Source of the DNA: Chloroflexota bacterium
GTDB taxonomy: Bacteria; Chloroflexota; Limnocylindria; Limnocylindrales; CSP1-4
DNA: 64,000 bases
Assembly (NCBI GenBank): GCA_003171035.1
Contig: PMXR01000109.1
Coordinates: forward strand, 29,019 to 93,018
Reading direction: 5' to 3'
Position numbers and translations under genes: made by a program. Under the pieces are notes generated by a model, which saw only the letters and a list, made by a program, of their open reading frames with translations, ran no database searches and had not been told where the DNA came from. Positions within the stretch are counted from its first letter, which is position 1. Each line of letters begins with the position of its first letter. Below, piece by piece: positions 17,513-26,938 of the stretch.

Positions 17513-19720
17513 ATGGGTAGGATGATCGCCATGCAAATTGCCACGCTTCTCCGCCGGTCGGTCGGACCGCTGCTGATCTCCGGATGGCTCCTGGGAGCGT
17601 CGTCGGGGGCGTTGCTGCTCCCGGCCGGGACGGCTGCGGCCCAGCCCGTGCCGATGCTCACGAGCCAGATCACCGACCAGGCCGGCGTCCTCGGCTCCGG
17701 CGAGTCGGGCGTGCAAACGGCCCTGGACAACCTGCTCGCCCGGGACAACGTCCAGGTCTGGGTCGTGCTGGTGCAGTCCGGCAACGGAACGAGCGCGCCG
17801 GACCTCGCGACCCAGATCTACGAAGCCAACGGTTTCGGCGGCAACGACTTCGTGTTGCTCGTCGCCGTCAACGACCACCGCTACGGCTGGGCCGAAGACA
17901 CCGCCACCGGCCTGCCCGGGTCGCAGATCGACAGCTTGATGAGCGCCCAAATGGATTCGCACTTCAAGGCCGGCGACTACTCCGGTGGCATCGTCGCGTT
18001 CGTCGACGCGCTGGGCACGGAGGTCGGGGCGGCCCGGTCGGGCGGCGCGAAGCCGACCGACTACACGGGCGGCGACACTGCCAGCCCCTCTGGCTCCGGC
18101 AGCACCGTAAACATCGACACATCGGGTCTCGCGGCGGTCGCCTGGACCTTGATCGCGATGCTCATCATCGGCTTCGGCTTCATCCTGATCTGGCTCTGGT
18201 TCCGCTCATGGCGGAGAGGTCGCCTCAGCGCTGAGGAGCGCGACAAGCAGACCGGCGATCTGGCGCGCCAGGCCAACCAGCTGCTGGTCGGCACCGACGA
18301 TGCCGTGACCGAGGCTCAGCAGGAACTCGGTTTCGCCCAGGCGGAGTTCACCGACGCCGACTGCGCGCCGTTCGCCGCCGCCATCACGACCGCCCAGGCG
18401 GAGCTCAAGCAAGCCTTCACGTTGCGCCAGCAGCTCGACGATTCAACACCCGAGGATCCGCCGACACGAGCGACGATGCTCGGCCAGATAATCGCCCACT
18501 GCCAGACCGCCAATGCGGCGATGGACGCCGAGGAGCAGCGGATCAAGACGTTGCGTGACCTCGAGAAGACCGCGCCGGATGTGCTGGCGGCGTTACCAAA
18601 GTCGATCGACGCGCTCCAGGGCCGGCTGCCCGCGATACAGGCCGCGACGAAGAGGCTCTCCGCCTACGCGGCGTCGAGCTGGAGCGCCGTCAAGGGCAAC
18701 GCCGAAGAGGCCGACAAGCGGGGCCACTTCGCCGAGACGCAGGTCGCGGCCGGCAACGCGGCCCTGGCGGCGAACCCGCCCGACCACGCCGCCGCCGCTC
18801 GCTCGGCCCGGGCAGCTCAAGAAGCAGTGGCCAAGGCCAACCAGCTGCTCGACGCCGTTGACCAGCTGGCCGACGCCCTGGACAGCGCCAGGGACAAGCT
18901 CGCCGACGAGGCCGGCTCGGCGGAGTCTGACCTCAAGGCCGCCAAGGCGGCATTCGAGGCAGACCCAACCAGCCCGGCAGGGGCCACCTGGGCCGCGGAC
19001 ATCGCCAGGGCCGAGACGCTACTGAAGACCGCCCAGGCAGGCGGCCCGGCCGCGGCCGGGGACCCGGTTGCCGCGCTGAAGGCAGCCCAGGACGCTCACG
19101 CCGCGGCCGACGCGGTGCTGTCGGGTATCCGCGACGAGTCCTCGCAGCTGGCCCGCAACAAGACGGCCTTCCAGGTCGCGCGCGCATCGGCGGCGGGGAG
19201 CGTCAGCCAGGCCAGCGCCTTCATCACTTCACGCAGCAACGGTGTCGGCACCGCAGCTCGTACGCGGCTGGCAGAGGCTCAGCGGCACCTGGCCACGGCC
19301 GACTCGCTGGCAGCCACAGACCTCGCCACGGCCACGACCGAGGCCGGAGTCGCCACCAACATGGCGAACTCGGCGTACACGCTGGCGAGCGGCGACTTCG
19401 TCGACTTCGAGCGCGGCGGCAGGCCGGGCGGTGGCTACGGCGGCGGCTACGGCGGCGGTGGCGGTGGCGGGGTCGGGATTGGCGGCGCCATTCTGGGCGG
19501 CATCATCGGCGGCATGCTCAGCGGCGGCAGTCGCGGCGGCGGCTTCGGCGGAACCCCGTGGGGATCCGGCGGAGGTTGGACCGGAGGCGGCCACTCCGGC
19601 GGCTTCGGCGGCTTCGGCGGTGGGGGCGGCTTCGGCGGTGGGGGCGGCATTCACAGCGGCGGAGGCAGCTTCGGCGGCGGTGGCGGTGGCGGCACCCACA
19701 GCGGCGGAGGCGGCTGGTAA
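17513..19720 (+). CDS. TPM-domain protein (YgcG-like) with a signal peptide, transmembrane helix, long Ala-rich helical region and Gly-rich C-terminal tail
   Basis: Signal-like N-terminus (MQIATLLRRSVGPLLISGWLLGASSG). TPM/TLP18.3-like region (ITDQAGVLG...NVQVWVVLVQS...NDFVLLVAVNDHRYGW). TM helix at WTLIAMLIIGFGFILIWLW. The C-terminus is GGGYGGGYGGGG...GGGW. The upstream part of the longer ORF overlaps the integrase and tRNA, so the ATG at 17513 was chosen. Confidence 0.55.
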   Translation: MGRMIAMQIATLLRRSVGPLLISGWLLGASSGALLLPAGTAAAQPVPMLTSQITDQAGVLGSGESGVQTALDNLLARDNVQVWVVLVQSGNGTSAPDLATQIYEANGFGGNDFVLLVAVNDHRYGWAEDTATGLPGSQIDSLMSAQMDSHFKAGDYSGGIVAFVDALGTEVGAARSGGAKPTDYTGGDTASPSGSGSTVNIDTSGLAAVAWTLIAMLIIGFGFILIWLWFRSWRRGRLSAEERDKQTGDLARQANQLLVGTDDAVTEAQQELGFAQAEFTDADCAPFAAAITTAQAELKQAFTLRQQLDDSTPEDPPTRATMLGQIIAHCQTANAAMDAEEQRIKTLRDLEKTAPDVLAALPKSIDALQGRLPAIQAATKRLSAYAASSWSAVKGNAEEADKRGHFAETQVAAGNAALAANPPDHAAAARSARAAQEAVAKANQLLDAVDQLADALDSARDKLADEAGSAESDLKAAKAAFEADPTSPAGATWAADIARAETLLKTAQAGGPAAAGDPVAALKAAQDAHAAADAVLSGIRDESSQLARNKTAFQVARASAAGSVSQASAFITSRSNGVGTAARTRLAEAQRHLATADSLAATDLATATTEAGVATNMANSAYTLASGDFVDFERGGRPGGGYGGGYGGGGGGGVGIGGAILGGIIGGMLSGGSRGGGFGGTPWGSGGGWTGGGHSGGFGGFGGGGGFGGGGGIHSGGGSFGGGGGGGTHSGGGGW

Positions 19721-19811
19721 CCCAGTCGCGACGGCGCCCCGATTGGGCGAACTTTCAGTCACGAAATGCAGTCAACCAGGCAGTACGTAGACAGATAGGG
19801 AGAAGACATCC

Positions 19812-20522
19812 ATGGCTCAGACGACGATCCTCGGCCGCGTGGGCCAGCTCCTTCGGGCGAACATCAATTCCATGATCGACGGCGCCGAAGACCCGGAGAA
19901 GATGCTCGACCAGCTCGTCCGGGACTTCACCAACAACATGAGCGATGCCCAGGACGCGGTGGCCCAGACGATCGGCAACCTGCGCATGGTCCAGGACGAT
20001 GCCAAGGAAGCCTCGGACGCAGAGGCCGATTGGGGCGCAAAGGCCGCCGCCGCCTCCAAGAAGGCCGACGAGCTGCGCGCCGCCGGCAACACCTCGGACG
20101 CCGACAGGTTCGACAGCCTGGCCAAGCTGGCGCTCGGTCGCCAGATCAGCTTCGAGGCTCAGGTCAAGACCTTCCAGACGCAGATCGATCAGCAGAGCGC
20201 GCTCGTCGACCAGCTCAAGGACGGCCTCAACAAGATGACCGTGCGCCGCGACGAATTGGTCCAGAAGCGCGATGAGCTGGTTGCCCGAGCCAAGATGGCC
20301 AAGGCTCAGACCCAGGTTCAGACAACCCTCAAAAACGTCTCGGTCATGGATCCGACAAGCGAACTCAGCCAGTACGAAGACAAGATCCGCCACCAGGAAG
20401 CCCTGGCTCGCGGTATGGCCGAGGTCAACGCCAACTCCATCGACGAGCAGTTCGCGTCTCTCCAGGGGGACGAGGATTCCGCCGAAGTGGATGCGCGCCT
20501 GGCGGCTCTGAAGGCCAAGTAG
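19812..20522 (+). CDS. pspA: PspA/IM30 family protein (phage-shock protein A / Vipp1-like)
   Basis: 236-aa coiled-coil protein. Its N-terminus (MAQTTILGRVGQLLRANINSMIDGAEDPEKMLDQLVRDFTNNMSDAQDAVAQ) is typical of the PspA/IM30 family. Confidence 0.8.
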   Translation: MAQTTILGRVGQLLRANINSMIDGAEDPEKMLDQLVRDFTNNMSDAQDAVAQTIGNLRMVQDDAKEASDAEADWGAKAAAASKKADELRAAGNTSDADRFDSLAKLALGRQISFEAQVKTFQTQIDQQSALVDQLKDGLNKMTVRRDELVQKRDELVARAKMAKAQTQVQTTLKNVSVMDPTSELSQYEDKIRHQEALARGMAEVNANSIDEQFASLQGDEDSAEVDARLAALKAK

Positions 20523-20742
20523 CCGCGCGAGACTCCAACCCGCACAGCCGCGGAACGGTGCGAGCCGTTCCGCGGCTCTTCTGTGTCCGCCGCGTTTCAC
20601 GGCCCACGGTCCGCGTGCCACGGCCGCGGCGAGCCGCCTGACGCGACAGTTCCGCGCCGTCACGGATCGCCTGTTCAGGCGGCCGGCACTGCCCTAAAGT
20701 GTGGGCGCCGCACCGCTTGGGGCGGGACACCAGGAGGGTTCG

Positions 20743-21450
20743 ATGCACACTGAGTATCTACCCAAGTTGCTGCCGACGGTTATCGACGAGGGGCAGGGAC
20801 CCGGCGTTCAGTTCCGGACCGATGGGGAGCTCGTCCCGGCGCTGACGATGGAGCTGGACGGATCGATGGCCGTCTACTTCGAGCACCACATCGTGCTGTG
20901 GAAGACCCCGTCGCTAGAGATCGGCATCCACCCGATGAAGGGCGCATTCAAGCGCGTCATGGCCGGCATGCCGATCTTCATGACCGAGGCCACGGGCGCC
21001 GGCCAGATCGCCTTCAGCCGCGACGGCGTGGGCCACGTCTTCCACCTGCCGATCGCTCCCGGCCAGACGATCGAGGTCCGCGAGCACCAATTCTTGGCCG
21101 CGACGGCCAACATCGACTACAGCTTCCGGCGGCTGAAGGGCGTGGCCAACATGCTCTTCGGTGGCACCGGCATCTTCATCGACACGTTCACCGGCGGCCA
21201 GGGCGGCGGGATTCTCTGGCTGCACGGCTACGGCAACGTCTTCGAGAAGGTCCTCGGGCCGGGCGAAGTCTTTGACGTCGAGCCGGGCGGCTGGGTCTAC
21301 AAGGATCCGCAGGTCGCGATGGACGTGAAGGTTACCGGGCTGCGCATGGGTATGTTGGGCGGCTCGGGGAACCTGGTCTTCAACCGCTTCACCGGCCCCG
21401 GCCGGATCGGCATCCAGAGCATGTACCTCCACATGCCCACGGCGGAGTAG
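20743..21450 (+). CDS. AIM24 family protein (DUF124/TIGR00266)
   Basis: Gly-rich beta-repeat protein (GGTGIFIDTFTGGQGGGILWLHGYGNVFEKVLGPGEVFDVEPGGWV) characteristic of AIM24-family proteins. Start chosen at MHTEYL. Confidence 0.55.
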   Translation: MHTEYLPKLLPTVIDEGQGPGVQFRTDGELVPALTMELDGSMAVYFEHHIVLWKTPSLEIGIHPMKGAFKRVMAGMPIFMTEATGAGQIAFSRDGVGHVFHLPIAPGQTIEVREHQFLAATANIDYSFRRLKGVANMLFGGTGIFIDTFTGGQGGGILWLHGYGNVFEKVLGPGEVFDVEPGGWVYKDPQVAMDVKVTGLRMGMLGGSGNLVFNRFTGPGRIGIQSMYLHMPTAE

Positions 21451-21529
21451 CTGCTCTCACTTTGACGCAACGAGAAGCGGCCGCCGGGTATGACCGGCGG
21501 CCGCTTCGGCTGACTGGCGCGGAGTTTGT

Positions 21530-22084
21530 TTAGGCGGCGACGGTGGCAAGTTCCGCTGCGGCTTCGGCCTGCAGAACGGCAAGGTCGATGGAGATCTTGA
21601 TGTCATCGCCCACCAGGAAGCCGCCACTCTCCAGGGCAACGTTCCATGTCAGGCCCCAGGCCTTGCGGCTGATCTTGGTGGAGGCGTTGAACGCCGCGCG
21701 ACGTCCACCCTGCAGGTTCGGCACCACGCCGCCGATCTCCGCCTCGAGAGTCACCGGTCGCGTTTCACCGCGAATGGTCAGCTCGCCTTCGACCGTGTAC
21801 CCATCGCCGCTGGGGACGATGCTCGTACTGCGGAACGACAGAGCCGGGTAAGTGTCCGCATCGAAGAAATCCGGGCTCTTGAGGTGCGCGTCGCGAGCCT
21901 CCATGCCCGTATCGATGCTGGATGCATCAATATTCGCCGAGACTGTGGATCGCTCGGGGTGTTCCTCGTCGAAATCGACGTCGACGGCGAACTTGCGGAA
22001 CTGCCCGCGAACCGTCGTCACCATCATGTGCTTGACGGAGAACTCGATCTGGGAATGAGCCGGATCAAGGGTCCAGGTGGTCAT
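21530..22084 (-). CDS. YceI family protein
   Basis: MTTWTLDPAHSQIEFSVKHMMVTTVRGQF... is the YceI-like polyisoprenoid-binding beta-barrel signature. ATG at 22084. Confidence 0.7.
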   Translation of the reverse strand: MTTWTLDPAHSQIEFSVKHMMVTTVRGQFRKFAVDVDFDEEHPERSTVSANIDASSIDTGMEARDAHLKSPDFFDADTYPALSFRSTSIVPSGDGYTVEGELTIRGETRPVTLEAEIGGVVPNLQGGRRAAFNASTKISRKAWGLTWNVALESGGFLVGDDIKISIDLAVLQAEAAAELATVAA

Positions 22085-22177
22085 GTATTGCCTCTCAAAT
22101 GCAATTCGTGCTCGCGGACCCTGTTCAGGATCGTTCACTAAGCAACTAAGTGCTATAGTAGTTGCACAAGCAAGGAT

Positions 22178-22726
22178 TTGCAAGTGACCAACCTACAAGC
22201 GCCCCAAATCGACTCGACAGCACCCGTTCCCCGGAGCGAGGACCTGCCAGAGTCCGCGGCACGGCCCTTCGCCAACATGGACCCAACCACCGAGCTCGAC
22301 GAGCTGGAGCGCCGTGCCTGGCGGTCGTTCCTGGTCGCGCACGCGCGCGTCGCGCGGCGCCTCGAGGCCGACCTGCTGGCGACCAGCGATCTGCCCCTGG
22401 CCGAGTTCGACGTTCTGTTTCAACTCGACCTCGCCGAGGGAAGCCGCCTGCGGATGAACGAGCTCGCCAACCGGGTCGTGCTCAGCCGTGCCGGGATGAC
22501 CAGGCTGGTCGACCGGTTGGCGGCCGACGGCCTCGTGGCGCGAGTCAAGTGCGCATCCGACGCCCGCGGCGCATATGCCGTAATGACCGACCGGGGCCGC
22601 GAACGACTCATGTCAGCCCGTCCCGGTCACTTCGCCGCGGTTCGGCGCTTCTTCATCGCCGCGTTCACTCAGCCCGAACTCGAGCAGCTGGCGTGCTTGA
22701 TGGAGCGAAGCTTCCCGACCGAGTAG
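22178..22726 (+). CDS. MarR family transcriptional regulator
   Basis: The winged HTH reads RMNELANRVVLSRAGMTRLVDRLAADGLVAR. Divergent from the YceI gene. The start may instead be the internal Met at 22277. Confidence 0.7.
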   Translation: MQVTNLQAPQIDSTAPVPRSEDLPESAARPFANMDPTTELDELERRAWRSFLVAHARVARRLEADLLATSDLPLAEFDVLFQLDLAEGSRLRMNELANRVVLSRAGMTRLVDRLAADGLVARVKCASDARGAYAVMTDRGRERLMSARPGHFAAVRRFFIAAFTQPELEQLACLMERSFPTE

Positions 22727-22749
22727 CGCGACGGAGCCGTCAGCTACAG

Positions 22750-23667
22750 CTAGCGGCGGCGGGGGGCGCGGAAGACCGGCGGCATCTCGAACGGCTCGTT
22801 CAGCGACGAGCGGACGGGGTTGCTCGTGGGAGCGGGCCCCGCAACGCCGGCCGCCGGACTACCGGGGGCGGCAATCCCCGTCGGTGGGACGACCGGGACC
22901 ACGGCCGAGGTCGAGTTCCATCGTTCTTCGGCGGCGGCAACATCCTCTGGTCTGTCGATTTCCACCCAGCCACCCTGGATTGTGACCGCCTTGATCGGCA
23001 CGTCACCGCTCACCAGCTCGTCCAGCAGGTCGTAGATCGTGAGCTTGGCCATGGCGTTGGTGTGTCCAAGGATGGGCCGCCTGTAGGCCGCATCGGTGGT
23101 CGCCCGCTGCCACGCCCTGCGCAGGGCCTTGACGCCGCGTCCGCGGAACATGATCAGGCCGATGGGCTGGCCCTGGACGTCTTCGAGTCGATTCACCGTC
23201 TGGCCGATGGATCGAATCGTGCCGTCCGGAGTCATTCGCAATGTCCTGGCGTCTTCCAGGTCCTCGCCGAAGCGCCGCTCCCAGTACGGCCTCCAGTCGA
23301 CGTCCACCACGACGGCGATCTCCGCCGGCGACGCCAGGAGAGCCTTCAGGACCTCGGGTCGGAAGGCGATGTCCCCGTAGGCGACCACGAAGCCGTCACC
23401 GAAGAATTGGTCGGCGATCATCAGGCTCCCGACCTGACCCGAGGTCAGATAGTCGGGGTTCTTGAACAGGCGCGCGGTCTTGCTCGCGAGCGCTTCGTAC
23501 CTGTGGCCGCCGACCACGATTACTTCCGTGAAGTCGCCGGCCGCGGCCGCGCTCGTCGTCCAGTCCAGCAACGGCCGACCAAGAAACGGCACCATCGCCG
23601 TTGGCCGATCCTCGTTTAAGGGACGCAGCCGCAGATCCTGTCCGGCTGCCAGAACTACCAGATACAT
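22750..23667 (-). CDS. NTP-transferase (sugar-phosphate nucleotidyltransferase / MobA-like) domain protein with a Pro-rich C-terminal tail
   Basis: N-terminus MYLVVLAAGQDLRLRPLNEDRPTAMVPFLGRPLL is the LAAG-x-G-x-R nucleotide-binding motif of the NTP_transferase fold. The six-frame ORF is an artefactual fusion with the antisense of ligD-pol. The ATG at 23667 was chosen. Confidence 0.55.
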   Translation of the reverse strand: MYLVVLAAGQDLRLRPLNEDRPTAMVPFLGRPLLDWTTSAAAAGDFTEVIVVGGHRYEALASKTARLFKNPDYLTSGQVGSLMIADQFFGDGFVVAYGDIAFRPEVLKALLASPAEIAVVVDVDWRPYWERRFGEDLEDARTLRMTPDGTIRSIGQTVNRLEDVQGQPIGLIMFRGRGVKALRRAWQRATTDAAYRRPILGHTNAMAKLTIYDLLDELVSGDVPIKAVTIQGGWVEIDRPEDVAAAEERWNSTSAVVPVVPPTGIAAPGSPAAGVAGPAPTSNPVRSSLNEPFEMPPVFRAPRRR

Positions 23668-23808
23668 GCTTCCTCGGAACACCGATGCTGGGCTCAAACG
23701 CGAGGTCCGGGAGCGCCTCGGCGCCTTGAAAACCCTACCACGGTCGCGCCCTTCGCCACCACCGGCTGGTACATTTCGCGCCGGCCGGTCAGGCAGTATC
23801 TTTCGGCC

Positions 23809-25233
23809 ATGCCAACGCGCAGCGAAGTCGTCGACGTTGCCGGTAAGCAGGTCGCAGTCAGCAACCCGGACAAGGTCTTCTTCCCGGGACCGGGCTATAC
23901 CAAGCGCGACCTGGTCGCCTATTACGTGGCCGTGGCCGATGGGGCGCTGCGCGGCGCCGGCGGCAGACCGATGGCGCTCAAACGCTACGTCAACGGCGCC
24001 GAGGGCGAGTACTTCTTCCAGAAGCGCGCCCCCGAGTCGCGGCCCGAGTGGGTCCGGACAGTGGAGCTGTCGTTCCCGTCCGGCCGGACGGCCGACGAGG
24101 TCGTGCTGGACGACGCCGCAGGTCTGGTCTGGGTCGTGAACCTGGGCTGCCTGGACCTGAACCCGCACGCCATTCGGGCCGACGATCTGGACCATCCGGA
24201 CGAACTGCGTGTCGACCTCGACCCGATGCCCGGCGTGGCCTGGGACGACATCCGCCGAGTGGCCCTGGTCGCGCGCGAGGTCCTGACCGACCACGGCCTG
24301 ACCGGCTGGCCGAAGACCTCCGGGTCGCGAGGAATCCACATAAACGTACGCATTGAACGCCAGTGGTCTTTCGATCAAGTGAGGCGCGCCGCTGTGGCTC
24401 TGGCGCGCGAAATCGAGCGGCGGGCGCCGGCTATCTCCACCAGCAAGTGGTGGAAAGAGGAACGGCACGGCGTGTTCATCGACTACAACCAGAACGCCAA
24501 GGATCGAACCGTCGCATCGGCCTACTCGGTACGCCCCGTCCCGGACGCGCGCGTCTCGGCACCGGTTACGTGGGACGAGCTGCCCGAGTGCGAGCTCGGC
24601 GACTTCACGATCGCGACGGTCCCGGCCCGATACGCTCGGATCGGCGACCCCGGCGCCGGTATCGACGCGGCCGTCGGGTCACTTGCCGGCTTGCTGGAAC
24701 TCTCCGCCCGGCAGGAGCGCGACGGACAGGGCGATGCGCCGTGGCCGCCCCACTACGCCAAGGCGGCCGGCGAGCCGCCACGTGTCATGCCGTCGCGGGC
24801 GAAGGGCGCGGCGGGGGCTGCCGGCGTCGGCGACGGGGCTGCCGGAACCGGGGCTGCCGGCGTCGGCGACGGGGCTGCCGGAACCGGGGCTGCCGGAACC
24901 GGGGCTGCGCGTGCCGGCGCTGCGCCCGGGGCGCGAGCAGGGACCGGCCGCCGCGTCTCTTCGAAGCCACTCATCGAGATTGCCCGGGCCGCCACAAAGG
25001 ATGAGGCGCTGGCAGCGTTCGAGCGCTGGAAGTCGCGCCACGAGTCGATTGTCGGCCATCTCGAACCCACCGACGTACTCGTCGACGGCATGCGCGGCCG
25101 CTATCAGCTGTGGTACCGCATCCGCGTCAATCTCGAGCACGTCCCGGAGGCCGAGCGGCCGGAGCAGGAGCCCCTCGAAGTCGACTACAACCCGTGGGCC
25201 GGGATGGCCGATCCACGCGTGTCGGAGCGCTGA
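23809..25233 (+). CDS. ligD: non-homologous end-joining DNA polymerase (LigD polymerase/primase domain, standalone)
   Basis: Archaeo-eukaryotic primase-like LigD-Pol signature (VAYYVAVADGALRGAGGRPMALKRYVNGAEGEYFFQKR ... LDLNPH ... GSRGIHINVRI). The C-terminus carries a GAAGVGDGAAGT tandem repeat. Confidence 0.7.
   Translation: MPTRSEVVDVAGKQVAVSNPDKVFFPGPGYTKRDLVAYYVAVADGALRGAGGRPMALKRYVNGAEGEYFFQKRAPESRPEWVRTVELSFPSGRTADEVVLDDAAGLVWVVNLGCLDLNPHAIRADDLDHPDELRVDLDPMPGVAWDDIRRVALVAREVLTDHGLTGWPKTSGSRGIHINVRIERQWSFDQVRRAAVALAREIERRAPAISTSKWWKEERHGVFIDYNQNAKDRTVASAYSVRPVPDARVSAPVTWDELPECELGDFTIATVPARYARIGDPGAGIDAAVGSLAGLLELSARQERDGQGDAPWPPHYAKAAGEPPRVMPSRAKGAAGAAGVGDGAAGTGAAGVGDGAAGTGAAGTGAARAGAAPGARAGTGRRVSSKPLIEIARAATKDEALAAFERWKSRHESIVGHLEPTDVLVDGMRGRYQLWYRIRVNLEHVPEAERPEQEPLEVDYNPWAGMADPRVSER
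24815..24901. repeat. 36-bp in-frame tandem repeat (2.4 copies) inside the ligD-pol 3' end, encoding GAAGVGDGAAGT
   Basis: The unit ggggctgccggcgtcggcgacggggctgccggaacc is repeated head to tail. Confidence 0.7.
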
Positions 25234-25293
25234 CGCCACGGCGGACATCGATGAGTAGCAACCTCGACGGGCGCGGTTCGGGACTCCGCCCTT

Positions 25294-25325
25294 CCCGAAT
25301 GTCACCGGGGGTGACCGTAAAGGGG
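25294..25325. repeat. conserved palindromic repeat element (GTCACC-N3-GGTGAC core with conserved CCCGAATG / CGTAA flanks), copy A
   Basis: Copy A is cccgaatgtcaccgggggtgaccgtaaagggg. Related copies lie at about 25425..25455, 27781..27808, 27829..27856 and 27961..27985. Confidence 0.5.
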
Positions 25326-25589
25326 ATTTGGGTGCCCATAACCGACCCGCCACAGTCCTGGGCCTGATCGCAAGCGTGGGTTGGGCCTCCGAAGCGTCGA
25401 CCTCGAGCCCTAACCAGCGCCATTTCGCGGTTAGCGTCACCCGGGGCGACATCCGGGAATATCGGCGCGGGCAAGTGGCGGCGCGGCGCGCCGGGCGGCG
25501 GTTCGGGCAGGGGCGCGAGCGGAGCTGGGCGCGGGCGGGCACGCGGCGCGCCGGGCGGGCAGGGGCAGGGCGGCGCGAGGAGCGAGCGC

Positions 25590-26672
25590 CTACCGTCCGA
25601 AGATCGCGGCCAGCTCGAACGGGGCGGTGACATCGAGCTGATCGTAGCGGCAGTCGGCCGGGCCCTTGTCGGGTCGCCAGCGCACGAACGTGGTTCCGTG
25701 GCGGAAGCGGTCGCCCTGAAGGTGGTCGTAGGCGACCTCGCAGACCCGCTCGATCCGTAGCGGCTCCCAGGTGAGGTCCTTGTCGCGGTTCCAGCGGCTC
25801 TGCGCCCCGGGCATGCGCCGGCCGTCCGCCCGCGCCTGGGCCTCCCATTCGGCCCATTCGGCCCAGGGATGACCGGCCAGGGCGTTCTCGCGCAACGGCG
25901 CCAGTTCCTCGACGAGGGCGACGCGCTTTTCGTTGGTGAAGCTCGACGTGACGCCGACGCTGTTGAGCCGGCCCGTGTCGTCGAAGAGCCCCAGCAGCAA
26001 CGAGCCGACCATCGTCCCCGGGCCGTTCTTGTGCCAGCGAAAACCCGCCACCACGCAGTCGGCGGTCCGGGCATGCTTGATCTTGGCCCAGCCGCGTTTG
26101 GCCGGCATGTAGGGGTCCGAGAGACGCTTGGCAACGACGCCGTCCAGGCCCGCGCCCTCGAATCGGTTGAACCAGTCGGCTGCGATGGCCGCATCCGACG
26201 TGGCCGGCGTAAGGTGGACGGGCGGCTTCGCACCCGCGAGTGCCTGCTCGAGGAGCGCGCGTCGCTCACCCTGGGGGACGCCGCGCAGGTCTCGATCGTC
26301 GAAGGCGAGCAGATCCCAGGCCACGAACGAGGCGGGGGTTTCGGCGGCGAGCATCTTCACGCGTGACGCGGCGGGATGGATCCGCAGCAGCAACGAATCG
26401 AAGTCCAGACCGCTCGGCCCGACGATGACCACCTCGCCGTCGAGAATGCAGCGCTCCGGCAGCGCCGCTCGAAGCGCCGGCGGCAGCTCGGGGAAGTAGC
26501 GCTCGAGCGGCTTGAGGTCGCGGCTCTGGATGTAGACCTCGTCGCCGTCGCGGAAGACAAGGGCCCGGAAGCCGTCCCACTTCGGTTCGTACTGCCAGCC
26601 CTCCCCGACCGGAATCTCCTCGGTGAGTTTGGCGAGCATCGGCTCGATCGGCGGCTGAAACGGCAGGTTCAC
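25590..26672 (-). CDS. ATP-dependent DNA ligase (LigD ligase-domain / LigC-like)
   Basis: MNLPFQPPIEPMLAKLTEEIPVGEGWQYEPKWDGFRALVFRDGDEVYIQSRDLKPLERYFPEL contains the KxDG adenylation motif (EPKWDG) and the ligase OB region. Confidence 0.75.
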   Translation of the reverse strand: MNLPFQPPIEPMLAKLTEEIPVGEGWQYEPKWDGFRALVFRDGDEVYIQSRDLKPLERYFPELPPALRAALPERCILDGEVVIVGPSGLDFDSLLLRIHPAASRVKMLAAETPASFVAWDLLAFDDRDLRGVPQGERRALLEQALAGAKPPVHLTPATSDAAIAADWFNRFEGAGLDGVVAKRLSDPYMPAKRGWAKIKHARTADCVVAGFRWHKNGPGTMVGSLLLGLFDDTGRLNSVGVTSSFTNEKRVALVEELAPLRENALAGHPWAEWAEWEAQARADGRRMPGAQSRWNRDKDLTWEPLRIERVCEVAYDHLQGDRFRHGTTFVRWRPDKGPADCRYDQLDVTAPFELAAIFGR

Positions 26673-26938
26673 CCCGCGACTATAGCCGGGGCCGCCGGCG
26701 GCGGAAGAGGCTCGTGCGACGGAGGGCGGCGCGCGAGACGCGGTGCCGGCCGCCGGCCGCAGGAACGTTCCGCGGGCCGGGTCGCAGGGAACCGGCGCGA
26801 GCCGGCAGCGTCGTTACTCTTACGGCACTCGTATCGGCGTGCACGGCGAGGCCAACCCGAACATCGCGAGAGGAACCGATGCGCAACCTGTTGTCTCTGC
26901 TGGCAGTTCCGCTCATCGCCGCGGGCTGAGGCGCGGCG

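Noticed and set aside
19430-19700. GGC-rich microsatellite-like DNA
   Set aside because: It is the in-frame coding sequence of the poly-Gly tail of the TPM protein, not an intergenic repeat.
22750-24468. Single 572-aa minus-strand ORF
   Set aside because: Only the lower third (22750..23667) has an NTP-transferase signature. The upper part is the Arg-rich antisense of the well-supported plus-strand ligD-pol gene.
24679-25857. 392-aa minus ORF, and ORFs at 19229..19762, 31771..33081 and 32493..33458
   Set aside because: These are antisense or off-frame artefacts over ligD-pol, the TPM Gly tail and the MFS gene. Their low-complexity R/G/P/A composition confirms this.
26927-26929. TGA read as selenocysteine in the lipoprotein
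   Set aside because: No SECIS-like hairpin is apparent immediately downstream and no sel genes appear in the window. A TGC to TGA point mutation or sequencing error is more parsimonious. It is kept as a finding, not called as Sec.
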